A stretch of 64,000 nt of DNA from Ranitomeya imitator (Eukaryota): contig NC_091283.1 in assembly GCF_032444005.1 (NCBI RefSeq), positions 765,266,001 through 765,330,000 of the forward strand. Reading direction: 5' to 3'. Below, in pieces: positions 51,688 through 64,000 of the stretch (positions within the stretch are counted from its first letter, which is position 1; every line of letters begins with the position of its first letter). The notes under the pieces are model-generated. The model searched no databases. It was not told where the DNA came from and was given only the letters and a program-made list of their open reading frames with translations. The position numbers and the translations under genes were made by a program.

Positions 51688-52227
51688 TTACTTTTTGCAT
51701 TATCAAGAATCCTTGGGTTAAGATAATGTAAGTTTATATGCATAAAGCATTTAATATAGTGCACCAAACATGATATGGTTTTTGATTTCTCTGAACTGTC
51801 GCAAACAAAACATATAAGGTTAAAAATATGAATATTATTGAATATAATGTTTTACTTTTGTTTACAGTATTTTATTTTCCTGGTGTTACTTTTGTTCATG
51901 TACTACTGGCTTCTTCTTCAGTTGTGATTTTTACCTTTTCTATATAAATATGGGTAAATGAATTGTCCATTATAGAACCATTTTGAATCCGTTCTTTGGC
52001 GGCCTTAAACATTTTGTATAACAGCTGTGTTTCTCCTGATTTTCTTGGTTAAGGGATCACTGATGTTTTAATAAACTTTGAATAAATAACTGGGCATACA
52101 TAAGAAACCTTGCAATATATCTTTATAGAAATAATACTTCTGCACTCATGGCCACTTCTCCGCCACCTTTGTCTCCTGAACTCATCATTCACTGTCAAAT
52201 AATGCAAAAATTCATCTTTGTATTTCT

Positions 52228-52524
52228 TGTGTGTGTGTGTGTGTTCTGTGTGTTTGTTGTGTGTGTTGTGTGTGCTGCATGTGTTGTAAGTGTTCTGTAT
52301 GTTGTGTGTGTGTGTGTATGTTTGTCGTGTGTGTTGTATGTGTTGTGTGTGTTTTGTATGTTATGTGTGTTTGTTGTGTGTGTGGGTTCTGTGTTGTGTG
52401 TGTGTGTTCTGTGTGTTTGTTGTGTGTGTTCTGTATGTTGTGTGTGTTCTGTATGTTGTGTGTGTATGTTTGTTGTATGTGTTGTGTGTGTTCTGTATGT
52501 TATGTGTGTTTGTTGTGTGTGTGT
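52228..52524. repeat. Degenerate (TG)n-rich simple repeat forming most of the fold-back spacer
   Basis: tgtgtgttctgtatgttg-type units. Confidence 0.95.
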
Positions 52525-53482
52525 CTGCAGCCATCTCCTTTCTGTAATTCTCCTCTCTCTTTACAGAACCATAAACTTATAATGGCAAAATGTTGCTGCC
52601 TCCGTCAATACAAAGATGAATTTTTGCATTATTTCACAGTGAATGATGAGTTCAGGAGACAAAGGTGGCGGAGAAGTGGCCATGAGTGCAGAAGTATTAT
52701 TTCTATAAAGATATATTGCAAGGTTTCTTATGTATGCCCAGTTATTTATTCAAAGTTTATTAAAACATCAGTGATCCCTTAACCAAGAAAAATCAGGAGA
52801 AACACAGCTGTTATACAAAATGTTTAAGGTCAACAAAACACGGATTCAAAATGGTTCTATAATGTACAATTCATTTACCCATATTTATATAGAAAAGGTA
52901 AAAATCACAACTGAAGAAGAAGCCAGTAGTACATGAACAAAAGTAACACCCGGAAAATAAAATACTGTAAACAAAAGTAAAACATTATATTCAATAATAT
53001 TCATATTTTTAACCTTATATGTTTTGTTTGCGACAGTTCAGAGAAATCAAAAACCATATCATGTTTGGTGCACTATATTAAATGCTTTATGCATATAAAC
53101 TTACGTTATCTTAACCCAAGGATTCTTGATAATGCAAAAAGTAAGGGGATTACTAATGCTGCTAGGTTATTTCTAGGTTCCCAGATAAGGTCATTTTTTG
53201 TGATAAAATGTATTGTTAAACTGTAAATGATCTAGCCTAAGCAAATAAATAGTGCAAGTCACATATCTAATTAGAAAATTATTATTTAAATGATTATAAC
53301 TTTAAACCATAACGCAGAAAAATAAACTGTGATACATATGTTTGACTGTGCTTTTAGAATTACTCGCTTATCGACACAGAGTTGCGCTTTAGAAATACAG
53401 AATAACCTATCAAACGAAAGATTTTATAAAGTGCAGTGTAAATAGGATGCCTGCCGTCTGTATTTGAGCCAGAATGTTACAA

Positions 53483-53487
<5 letters not shown>

Positions 53488-53544
<57 letters not shown>
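53488..53544. repeat. (TA)n microsatellite; the left-arm counterpart near 50579-50608 is (CT)n(AT)n
   Basis: Direct reading. Confidence 0.9.
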
Positions 53545-53548
<4 letters not shown>

Positions 53549-56500
53549 GGAGATATAGTGTATATTGGATCCATTTGTGAAGAAAATCAATGGTGTATGT
53601 CCGGGTTTGAAAGTAGCTATTTGGCTCTATTTTAAGCTACAGATATTACAATAGTCTGAACAGAGCCTAAGATGTAACTTCACATGAAACTACTGTGATA
53701 CATTATAAACTACAAAATAGTTTTGTAGCTTTGTGTAGAAATATATCAGACATAGAATATAAAACTACTAGGGAAAAGGATTCTATTTGTAGGATGTCTC
53801 TTACTCATAAAGCTAAAGAGGCATTTAATATGAATACTAGTGATTATAAAAAAAAAAAAATAAGTCATCCTGTGCACATACACACCGCCTTTGTAAGTTT
53901 CCAAAAGTAAACCCCAATGTATAATTAATATGATATTCTGCCATCTAGTGGCCGTGATAGGTAATTGGTTATGCTACACATTTCTCAAAATGCCAAACAC
54001 TTCAGAATATATTTGCAATTTATCACGCATGTAACACATATTTCTTCGACCCAACTCCTGACTGTTATGCATATAGACCAAATTTGAGCCTAAAATAGCA
54101 CAAATAGTTAATATTGGTGTATTTTCATACACTTATCAAAACTTTGGGTTTCTATCAATAATTTCTCCTGGAAGTAAGCCCCCAAAAATATGAAATAACT
54201 GTATAATTTTTAATTCAACAAAAAAATTACATGCGTCAGAGGCTGAGGTAAAGTTTTATCAATATGCGTGCCTGTAGTTAGTATAATAAATTTATAATTT
54301 CCAATGAATTTGCCTAAGCAATAATGGCTTAAAAATTTCCAATGAATTTGTAAGTTTCCAAAAGTAAACCCCAATGTATAATTAATATGCTATTCTGCCA
54401 TCTAGTGGCCGTGATAGGTAATTGGTTATGCTATACATTTCTCAAAATGCCATACACTGCAGAATATGTTTGCAATTCACTACGCATGTACCACATATTT
54501 CTTCGCCCCACTCCGGTCTGTTATACATATAGACCAAATTTGAGCCAAAAATAGGCCAAATAGTTAATATTGGTGTATTTTCATACACTTATCAAAACTT
54601 TGGGTTTCTATCAATAATTTCTCCTGGAAGTAAGCCCCAAAAATATGAAATAACTGTATAATTTTTAATTCAACAAAAAACTGGAATAATATATGCTGAT
54701 GTGGTCGAGCTAAAAGTTATACGTTTGTTTCTTACGGGTTTTGGGCTAACCAAGAAGATTTTTATGCATAATTTCATAGTAAAGTATGCCTATAGAAATC
54801 ATTAGTCATTCAATATAAAATGGTTATTTTCTGAATTCGGCATTATAAACCCCAATTTCCAATGTCTCTGGTGTGTCCAGCATGTCTTGTAGAGATACAG
54901 CTGTGCCTGTCTGCCAGAGATTTTTACACAAAAAACAAGAAAAAGCAGAGGCCATACAAAAAGGGGATCACCAAAGCCCGTAGCAGTATAGTACTATCAG
55001 CAAAACCATGTAAATAAATATGCATTATAAGCAAACCCCCCCTTCCCCCATAACACCTCCGGGTAAATGACCCTCAGATAACACCTACAGGCACAAAGAG
55101 AAAGCGAATACCCACAATGCCTATAATATGTCCAGTGCCTGTACACAAGGTGAAAAGGGGAACACAGGCACACATACAGATATATATCTCACTGACCTAT
55201 ATGGACAACATATTAATAAAGTGCAAAAACATGATAACATAAATAAGTCCTAAATGACTAATAAAGCTGCACATGAAAAAATATACTGTGGTACAGGAAA
55301 TGTGCTAAAATTATGCAGCATATGCCAGTACTAAACTAGGCCCCCATAGATAGATGGCACGTAACGCAGTACACATAAATAAGCCGCACTAACTGAGTAT
55401 ATAAACTGCTAAGATATACAAAATGCGCTGAAGGCATACAGAGTGCCGACATGGGTTCCTGAACTCAGTGGTAATGCCCTATAGATATATGGCATATAAT
55501 GCAGTACGCACACACTGGTAGCAGTACCTAAATTCAAACAGGCGATTGAATCCGCCAGTAATGCCCGCCTAAAAATAAGCCAGTAGCAGTATAGTACTAT
55601 CAGTAAACCATGTAAATAAATATGCATTATAAGCAAAAACCCCCATAACACCTCCGGGCAAATGACCCTCAGATAACACCTACAGGCACAAAGAGAAAGC
55701 GAATACCCACAATGCCTATAATATGGCCATTGCCTGTACACAAGGTGCAAAGGGGAAAACAGGCACACATACAGATATCTATCTCACTGACCTATATGGA
55801 CCGCATATTAATAAAGTGCAAAAACATGATAACATAAATAAGTCCTAAATGACTAATAAAGCTGCACATAAAAAAATATACTGTGGCACAGGAAATGTGA
55901 TAAAATTATGCAGCATATGCCTGTACTTTTTTTTATCTTCCTGCTTGTGGCTAATTTGCTAAGTGTGGGTAACTTGTTTCCTTTTTTCCTGCTTGTGTAA
56001 AATGCCCGTCTGTTTTTGTCGGAGGGGGATGTGACAGCTGGATAAATGCTGTACTTACCGTGTAACGCTATATTAATTATTTTGTAAGAAGTGTAATGAT
56101 GTATGTTCATTGTACTATTTAATGTTTTTACTTTTTATATTCTGTAAGAATTTTTTATAGTATTGAAATGTCTTTGAGATGTATTTATTTTTCAACAATA
56201 AGGCTAAATGCTGTACTTGCCTTGTAACGCTATATTAATTATTTTGTAAGATGTGTAATGATGTATGTTCATTGTACTATTTAATGTTTTTACTTTTTAT
56301 ATTCTGTAAGAATTTTTATAGTATTGAAATGTCTTTGAGATGTATTTATTTTCAACAATAAGGATAAATGCTGTACTTGCCTTGTAACGCTATATTAATT
56401 ATTTTGTAAGATGTGTAATGATGTATGTTCATTGTACTATTTAATGTTTTTACTTTTTATATTTTGTAAGAATTTTTATAGTATTGAAATGTCTTTGAGA

Positions 56501-58841
56501 TGTATTTATTTTTCAACAATAAAATCTTTTTTTAAATTTTTACAATATCGTGTCTTTGGTTTTATATTTTATATGCTTACTTGCGGGTGTTGTAATATGG
56601 CCACATACATAATGTGACCATATAATGAGAATGGTGTTATAAACCACGTGTAAAATAAATACACGACTAGGATATAAAATATATAAGACGCCATGGTGTG
56701 TTACAGCACCAAGCTCACAAACAACTAGGATATAATTTTATAACGGTGCCATCTAATAGGGGATTATCAAAAAGCTAATATAAACATCGTACAGACCCTA
56801 GGATATAATTATATACCATAACACCTCCGGGCAAATGACCCTCAGATAACACCTACAGGCACAAAGAGAAAGCGAATACAAAAAGGGGATCACCAAACAG
56901 CATGGATTTGTACAAAAATAAGCCAGTAGCAGTATAGTACTATCAGTAAACCATGTAAATAAATATGCATTATAAGCAAAAACCCCCATAACACCTCCGA
57001 GCAAATGACCCTCAGATAACATCTACAGGCACAAAGAGAAAGCGAATACAAAAAGGGGATCAGCAAACAGCCTGGATTTGTACAAAAATAAGCCCGTAGC
57101 AGTATAGTACTATCAGTAAACCATGTAAATAAATATGAATTATAAGCATAAAAACTATATCAAACTATATCAAACTATATCAAAAGGGGAAGCCAGCCAA
57201 TAAAACACACCGCTTCTTACTTGCGTGTGTTGTAATATGGCCACATACATAATGTGCCCATATAATGAGAAAGGTGTTATAAACCACGTGTAAAATAAAT
57301 ACACGACTAGGATATAATTATAAACATGTGTTATCCCAGAATCAAATTAACAATATCAAACATGGTGTGTTATAAAAACATGAATAAAACACACTGCCCT
57401 GATTACCGAATGCAGTATGTAATCGTACAGATCCTAGGATATAATTATATACCACAGCCATCTAATAGGGGGATTATCAAAAAGCTAATATAAAACTATA
57501 TAACACTATATCAAAAGGGGAAATCAAACAAGGAGGGACAGCTGGCTACCAGCTGTCAGACAAGGGGAGGGGAGGGGTTACACACTTTGATACACTTTGA
57601 TAGGGGCGTGTCCACCTGTCAGATTGAGTTTGACGAAACATATGGATGATACACTACTCACCCCCCAACATATTTATATGCTCATGTAGCTCTTTCAAAG
57701 ACAAGTCCAGCGATACCTTTACATGGCCAGTCTGTTCTTCCATTAGTGAGAAATCAGCATTTCTATTGATATGTAAATGAGCATAAAGAGCTATTTGTAG
57801 ATCTGAAGCTTCTGTCACTCCAGCTCTATTCCTCACTCAGTGACGCCTCTTCCTGCTTGACTGACAATCTCTGTGCTGTGTGACTTCAGGCAAAGGAGTC
57901 ATCAGTCATTCAGGTAAAGGAGATGGCACTAGGTGGGGAATAGAGCTGGAGTGACAGAGGTTTTAGATCTTCAAATAGCTCATTTACATATCAATTTAAA
58001 CACTGATTTCTCAGTGATGCATCAACGGATTGGCCATGTTAGGTATTGCTGGATTTGTCTTTGTAAGAGCTACATGCGCAAGAGCTAGATAGAGGCGTCA
58101 CACAAAGTCTCTGTTCACACCTGGGATTTTGAGACCCTTTTCTCCGTTCCATTCTATGAACAGACAAGGAGTTCACGTGAAAAACAGATGCGTTAAAGAG
58201 CTGCTGCAAACTGAAAAGGTGCCTTATCGACTATAAAGGGGTCTGTCTGGTTTGCATTCTGTGTCCATTTCTTCAGTGGAACAAACCGTTCTGCATGATG
58301 CAATTTTTAGGCCATTAAAAAAACGGACACAAAACAGAAACCAAATGGCTTTCTAAAGTCTTCTGTATATGCCCCAAATTAAGTGATTCGGATTATTCCA
58401 AGATCTAGTTGCTGATTTTTGTGGCTATCTATTTTCTGCTTGGAAGCTTCACTCATATGTAAATTTTGGATAGTGAGCCCCATGATTTGATCATAATAAT
58501 CTTATTACTGCCACTATTCCAGTTGATGGTGTCATGATGGTAGCACCGACTATTTCCTATATGTAAAGTCACCAGATGGAGCCCATTTAGTCAGTGGCGG
58601 ACTTCTGCTTCATTTTGTGTCTGTCCGGTTGCGGATCAGTTTTCCGTCTAAATTCAATTTATCTGTTCATAGAATTAAATAGAGAAAAATCAAAGCCTTT
58701 GTGGAACTGTACAACCTCCATGGATAGTCTGTCACCCAAAAAATGTTCTACAACATATGTGTTAGGTTAGTAACAGACTACAGCCCAATTAGGCCCTATG
58801 ATAATTGGGGTGAAAAAAATACTAATCCGACGAGAGGAACC

Positions 58842-59097
58842 AAACATGTTATAGAAAGCAATAGCAAAACTTTACTCAGTAACAATAAATTCCAATAAAA
58901 TTGTATAAAATTCAGGAGCATGTAAATGAAGAAAAAGAAGTAGAAAAACTGTTGGTATAGCGCTATGACCAATGGTAGACTAGCATCAGTTTTTTCTACT
59001 TCTTTTTCTTCTTCTACATACTCCTGAATTTTATGCAATTTTATTGGAATTTATTGTTACTCAGTAAAGGTTTTCTATTGCTTTCTATGACATGTTT
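58842..59097. repeat. AT-rich inverted repeat, arms ~110 bp, with a small nested hairpin in the spacer
   Basis: aaacatgttatagaaagcaatag..gtagaaaaactg pairs with cagtttttctac..ctttctatgacatgttt; spacer contains ttggt-atagcgctat-g-accaa. Confidence 0.8.
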
Positions 59098-60169
59098 TCC
59101 AAGGGTCTGGTTTCTCTCGACATATTAGGGGCAGACTAGGTTTATGCACACTATCAGGCGCATACACAAAGGACCCCAAAGTGACCCCATTTTACAAACT
59201 ACACCTCTCCCTAATTAATGCAGGGGTGCAGTGATCATACTGACACCACGGGTGTGTCAGAGAATTTTTATACCATTGGGCAGTGAAGACAAAATAACTA
59301 CATTTTTACGACTAAAATTTTGTTTTCGCCCCAGATTTTACATTTTCACAAAATAAGTGGGTAAAAATGGCACCATAATTTGTCTCACAATTTCTACTGA
59401 ATGTAGCAATACCCTATATGTGGCTGTACAGTACTACTTAGCCAGCGGGGTCTCCAGGTATGGACTAGGACTGAAATTCAGCCCTTGTCATCTATAATCA
59501 CACTGACCCGAGCACCAGATGGGATAGACCACTAATATTACCCTAGATTGAAGAAAGCAAGATTTACTACAAGACCAATATTTCTAATGATACCTGTGGC
59601 CTGCTGGGATAAGTGATGGAGTCAACGACTTTGTGCTCCATCACAACTTTTAACAGTATGGGCATCTTGAGAACACCGATTCTGCTAACAACGTAGCAGA
59701 CAAGGCAGCCCACGACCAGACAGGTCCTTCTGGCATTTGCCAGAATTGCCAGATGGCCAGTCCGGCCCTGGTGGTCTCCGATCCAAAGGCAGAGGGGATC
59801 TCAGCTGGCACCCGGAATGTTGCGATCTCATTTGATCGCAGCATTTCGGGATTAAATTTCTGGGAGCGATCTGTGACGGCTCATGGCACTTAGTGCCGGG
59901 TGTCAGCTGTCAGAATCAGCTGACACCCGGCAGCGATCATCCGGACACACACTGTGTGCGTGGGCGATCGCACACACGTAATAATCCGTCCCTGGTCAAA
60001 TAGACCCAGGGCACAGGGAAGGATTATTTTGTCTGATGTCAGAAAGGGGATAAAGAGGAATATGACCTGTCAGATCTATTTCTAATTCAGCAAATACTTT
60101 GATTCCCCATAAAATAACTATTTTGGAACATGTTTTTTTTTAGACCTCCATGTTGTGTTATTCTTCTTA

Positions 60170-60543
60170 GGGCTTGTGCAGATGACCTTAGTTTCAGTCC
60201 GAGTAGGATCCGACCAAACATCAGATGGAAGTGTGCTAATGTTATTCAATGGGGCAGAGCCCATCACAGCATGCATAATTTGCCTCCAAAAATTGGATAG
60301 CACTCGCCCATTCATATCTATGAGTCCATGGAAAATATTGGACTGCAGGCAGATGACATATGAGTGCAGTCCGATTTTCATGGGCAGACTGAATGGAGAA
60401 GATGGAGAAACTTTTTTTTTCTCTCCACCTCTGAGATAATTGGATCACATTCTGATCAAACTCTGATCTGAGACTGATCAAAGTGTGATTATAATAGGAC
60501 CGATTTTCTCAGATGGATAACATAAGATCGTTTGCACCTGCCC
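60170..60543. mobile_element. PIF/Harbinger-type MITE, degenerate
   Basis: GGGC..TGCA / TGCA..GCCC termini with TTA on both sides. Confidence 0.6.
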
Positions 60544-60698
60544 TTATAAGTCTATAAATAAATTGACAACTGGGTATTACCATTTACCTTGTGTTAATAA
60601 ACAGCCTGATATAGTCAGAACTACAGGATCCGGTGTAATTGGCTTATTAATGAAATGAAAGATGTTATATTTTGATTAATTTGCTCTCTACCTCCATC

Positions 60699-61058
60699 TA
60701 GGGTTGAGCGACTTTTACTTTTTTAGGATCGAGTCAGGTTTCGCGAAACCCGACTATCTCTAAAGTCGAGCCGAGTGAAATTGGCCGATTATGGCGAAAA
60801 GTCGGGGATCGACCGAAACACGAAACCCAATGCAAAATCAATGGGAATTTTTTTCTCTCCCTCTCTCATCACTCTGCCCACGCTCCTTCATTGGCTGAAA
60901 AAATGGCGCCAAGCGCGTCATACGAAACGCGACTTTGGCGTGAAAGTCGCGTACCGCATGGCCGACCCCACACAGGGATCGGGTCAGGTTTCATGAAACC
61001 CGACTTTGCCAAAAGTCGGCGACTTTTGAAAATGAACGATCCGTTTCGCTCAACCCTA
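60699..61058. mobile_element. hAT-type MITE
   Basis: TIR TAGGGTTGAGCG / CGCTCAACCCTA; perfect 8-bp TSD CCTCCATC. Confidence 0.92.
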
Positions 61059-63067
61059 CCTCCATCCCAGAACGGGAGAACTATTCTCATATATGGAAAT
61101 CTCTGAACAATAAGCATAATTATCTTCAAAATCAGGACATAGACGACTGACTGATGAAGAGAACAGCCACACAACTGGAAGTTCCTGGAGGTAAAGAATT
61201 GTATCCATCTCTAATGCCAATCTTAGAATGAAAAATACTGCTGTACATTAATTTATCCACCTCCAGTTTGGTGTCCTTGTGTTCCACATTTCTGTCTGCA
61301 TTATCTTATACCTTGGTCTTTCTATTGGACATAGCAGTTCTAGTCTAACAGACACAGACAAATTACATGAGCTCAGGTGGGATATGATTTGGGAAATATG
61401 GTCATAATCAACAGAGTACATAATTAAGCTATGATTTATTAATAACAAATTAATTATACCTTATTTTGCAGTTCTATTAAGCTTGATGAGTAATTTTATT
61501 AATCACCGTTGTGCTAATTGCAGACATGTACAGAAAGAACACTAATTATACAGGCAACGCAAGCGTATGCAAAACAGCACAAGCTGCTGAGATCTGCAGA
61601 ATATTTGGGTTACTTTTCAAAGTTTCCATTTTTGCTAGAAATAGAAAAGTTTTGCTAAAATCCATGACGTCTCTTATTAGCACAACTTTTGTTTGCAAGA
61701 TTCTTGGATAAAGGCTGCAATCACACGAGGAAATACAGGATTGAATCACATAAGGTAAAGACGGGAAGTTTGATGGCTTTTTTTTTAATGAAAAAGTCAT
61801 TACTTTGTTACTTTCCTCCTCTGATTGGTTTCTAAACGGTGGCTTAGGTGGTGGATGGTGGCCCCTTTAAAAGTAAGGCAGTATGGCTGTCCAATTAAGT
61901 TCTTAAAAGGGTGGTCCGAAACTAACACTGACTTAATCCTAAATGTCTATCTAATTAATGCAATAATCTAATTTCTTTTCTTATATACTTTAGTTAAAAA
62001 TCCCATACCATAACCGCTATATTCTATCTAACTGCTTTATTTTTTTTTTTTACCAACTTCCTGTTTGATGTCAGATTCTCAAGCAAGATGTCACCAGGGG
62101 GTGAGGTCACCTCCACGGCCTCTGCCCCCACCCTGAAACAAAGCATAGTCACGGAAGTCCATTTCAGGGGCTGGGCTAGTCCCCGCTCTACTGAGCATGC
62201 GATGGTTGTCAATCTCAACGTATACTCAATAGAATCTTGTCACTGTGCAATATTCTTTTTAATGTAAAGTGACGTCACTTTCCATCACCAACTCTGATGA
62301 GAAGTGACAAGCCGGAAAGAGCCTCTGCCCCTCACAGATGCACCCACCACATGCTTGGCCTTACAGCTTGCCACAAATTGGCAACACATTTTACTTGCTC
62401 ACAGGAGTCACATTTTTCCTTGTCCTTCCTTGCAGCTCTGTCTCTCCAACCAAGACAATGTAGCTGGCCTAAACTCATTGCGGAGGGATCTCTCTCTACA
62501 AGATGGCTTTCCTCTTTCACGCCTCCTAAGGTTGCATGAGAAATAGAATCGGAGAGTGGTTGAGTGTTGCTATGTCAATTTTTTTTAAATGGTTTGAACT
62601 TAGAAGTATAACAAACAGCACAAAGCAGTGCTGAGCAAAAAGTGAAAAAGAGAGAAAAAAAAAAGAATAAAGCTGAATCCAATTTGAGGCTATTCTGCCT
62701 TATAAATGGTCTTTGCTACCCATAAAGACCCAGAAAAGCACAGCTTTCATGTCATAAACTACTCTCATGAAATGAAAACTGTTCTGTGATTGGTTGTTTA
62801 TGCATGGATTAAAGGGATTAACTTGAATCTCTCTTTTACTTTACCCACATTAGAAAGACATATTACAAATATGGTTTTCAACATGCCAACTTGACCACGA
62901 AGACTGGCTATCCACACTGTGGTGGTGACTTAGCTTAGTTTTCTAGTTCAGTTGCCTTATCTGTGTGCTGAGCTTGGTTTTGTTCCTCTATCAATGTAGT
63001 ACGGTTGGTTCTGGTACCGTATTATGTACTAAACTTGGTTCTGGTACCATAATCACATGCTTTAAGG

Positions 63068-63221
63068 CTGTGTTCCCCAACCCCATTTCTCAAGAGCCAC
63101 CAACAGATCATGTTTTCAGGATTTCCTTAGTATAGGACAGATGATAGAATTATTACCTGGGTAATACTAAGGAAATAATGATCTTCTGGTTGCTCTTTGG
63201 GACTAGAGTTGGGGAAAACTG
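63068..63221. mobile_element. Short hAT-like MITE
   Basis: (c)tgtgttccccaac / gttggggaaaactg termini. Confidence 0.45.
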
Positions 63222-64000
63222 TTTATGGGAATCTTAAAGTGCATGCACTACTCCTTTAGTATTAGTAGTCACCACCATGGTTCTTCTGCTTTGTCCCCAC
63301 CTGAGAAGTCATCACCTGCTCTAAATCCTTACAGTCTCGAAATGGATTCTTTTGAGAAGATGTATCAAATTATGCATGAGTGCCTCATAGGGACCCCTAT
63401 CCATGTATCTGATAACATGACAAATTTGGTGAAAGGTCCTCTTTAATAAACATATTAGAAGACGTGTAATAAGTGAAGTGTCCAAACTTAATGAAAACCT
63501 AGTCTTACAGGATGATAGTTGCCATCCGACATATTTTCTTTATACTGAAGGTTCATGTTCATGTAAAAAAATGAATTTTTCTAGGTGTTACTCTGAAAGG
63601 TCTGATTGTACAGTAGCACATGCAAAAGATCTGCAGTATAGTTAGAAACCTTTTTTTATTATTGTAATCAATGTAGTGAAATGGGATTTTTGCCTGTCTG
63701 TCCCATCCTATAATCATACTCTTCGTCCTGATTTTATTCTGCACATCCCCATTGCCTTCTCGTAAGAAAAGATAATATTAATAATGTATAACTACCAAAA
63801 GTAATTACATAGATTAATAGAAAGTGACTGTTTCAGTCCATTAATGGATTAAGTCTTTTCATTATTATAGTTTAGAGTCGCCCATTGGCCACGATGCAGA
63901 TAGCACAAGCAACTATCAAACTAGGGCAGCGTTAGCAAAACAGACAGCATATGGCAGGCAGGTCACTGGGAGATCAATGAGTCAGTGATGTGTAGAAACC

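Larger units (their letters stand above)
46558..57658. mobile_element. 11.1-kb non-autonomous Polinton/Maverick-like fold-back element (arms 46558-52224 and 52607-57658)
   Basis: Termini AGTAGTGTATC / GATACACTACT; 6-bp TSD CACCCC at 46552-46557 and 57659-57664; arms are reverse complements over ~5 kb; no pPolB, integrase, ATPase or capsid motif recognised. Confidence 0.8.
46530..58080 (+). mobile_element. T2-type MITE (46530-46557 plus 57659-~58080) split by the fold-back element
   Basis: TTAA|AGGGAATCTGTGAGCAGGATTTCACCCC continues as CACCCCCCAACATATTTATATG.. after the insertion. Confidence 0.75.

Noticed and set aside
52148-52582. Cys/Val-rich ORFs of 85-183 aa
   Set aside because: They are translations of the (TG)n simple repeat.
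52652-52690. SGDKGGGEV peptide reminiscent of the Chapaev/Transib-like D-G-G-G motif
   Set aside because: The frame closes within ~10 codons, there are no flanking motifs, and the termini and 6-bp TSD do not fit CMC elements.
46558-57658. Giant palindrome as a pure read fold-back or assembly artefact
   Set aside because: The arm-specific MITE with TSD, multiple indels, and a 6-bp TSD splitting a host MITE point to a real insertion. Read-level confirmation is still needed.
61120-61200. Possible exon ending in GAG|GTAAAG
   Set aside because: No convincing acceptor, and no similarity to SCD or any other protein I recognise.

Overview
AT-rich vertebrate DNA, almost certainly from a frog (inferred from the repeat families and the host gene). 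The only host gene I can support is coding exon 1 of pkd2l1 on the minus strand (10401-10680); its intron 1 runs off the left edge and the ~53 kb upstream is mostly nested transposable elements. These include several Tc1 copies, two Gypsy proviruses (one tRNA-Ser primed, one chromodomain-bearing Tf1/sushi type), a DIRS/Ngaro-like element, L2 fragments, a Penelope-like insertion, solo LTRs and many MITEs. The most striking structure is an 11.1-kb fold-back at 46558-57658: two ~5-kb inverted arms about 98% identical around a ~380-bp spacer. It has AGTAGT...ACTACT termini and a perfect 6-bp target duplication (CACCCC), the end signature of Polinton/Maverick elements, but no recognisable Polinton core gene. 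I interpret it as an integrated snap-back (defective-interfering-like) Polinton genome. Other notable items: a tRNA-like Pol III box pair just upstream of a Tc1 transposase ATG, a perfect 162-bp-arm palindrome carrying hammerhead-like motifs, a self-priming-type PBS, a second PBS inside an LTR, and an unexplained 581-bp insert in a Gypsy pol gene. All alignments and identities were done by eye; no database searches were run.
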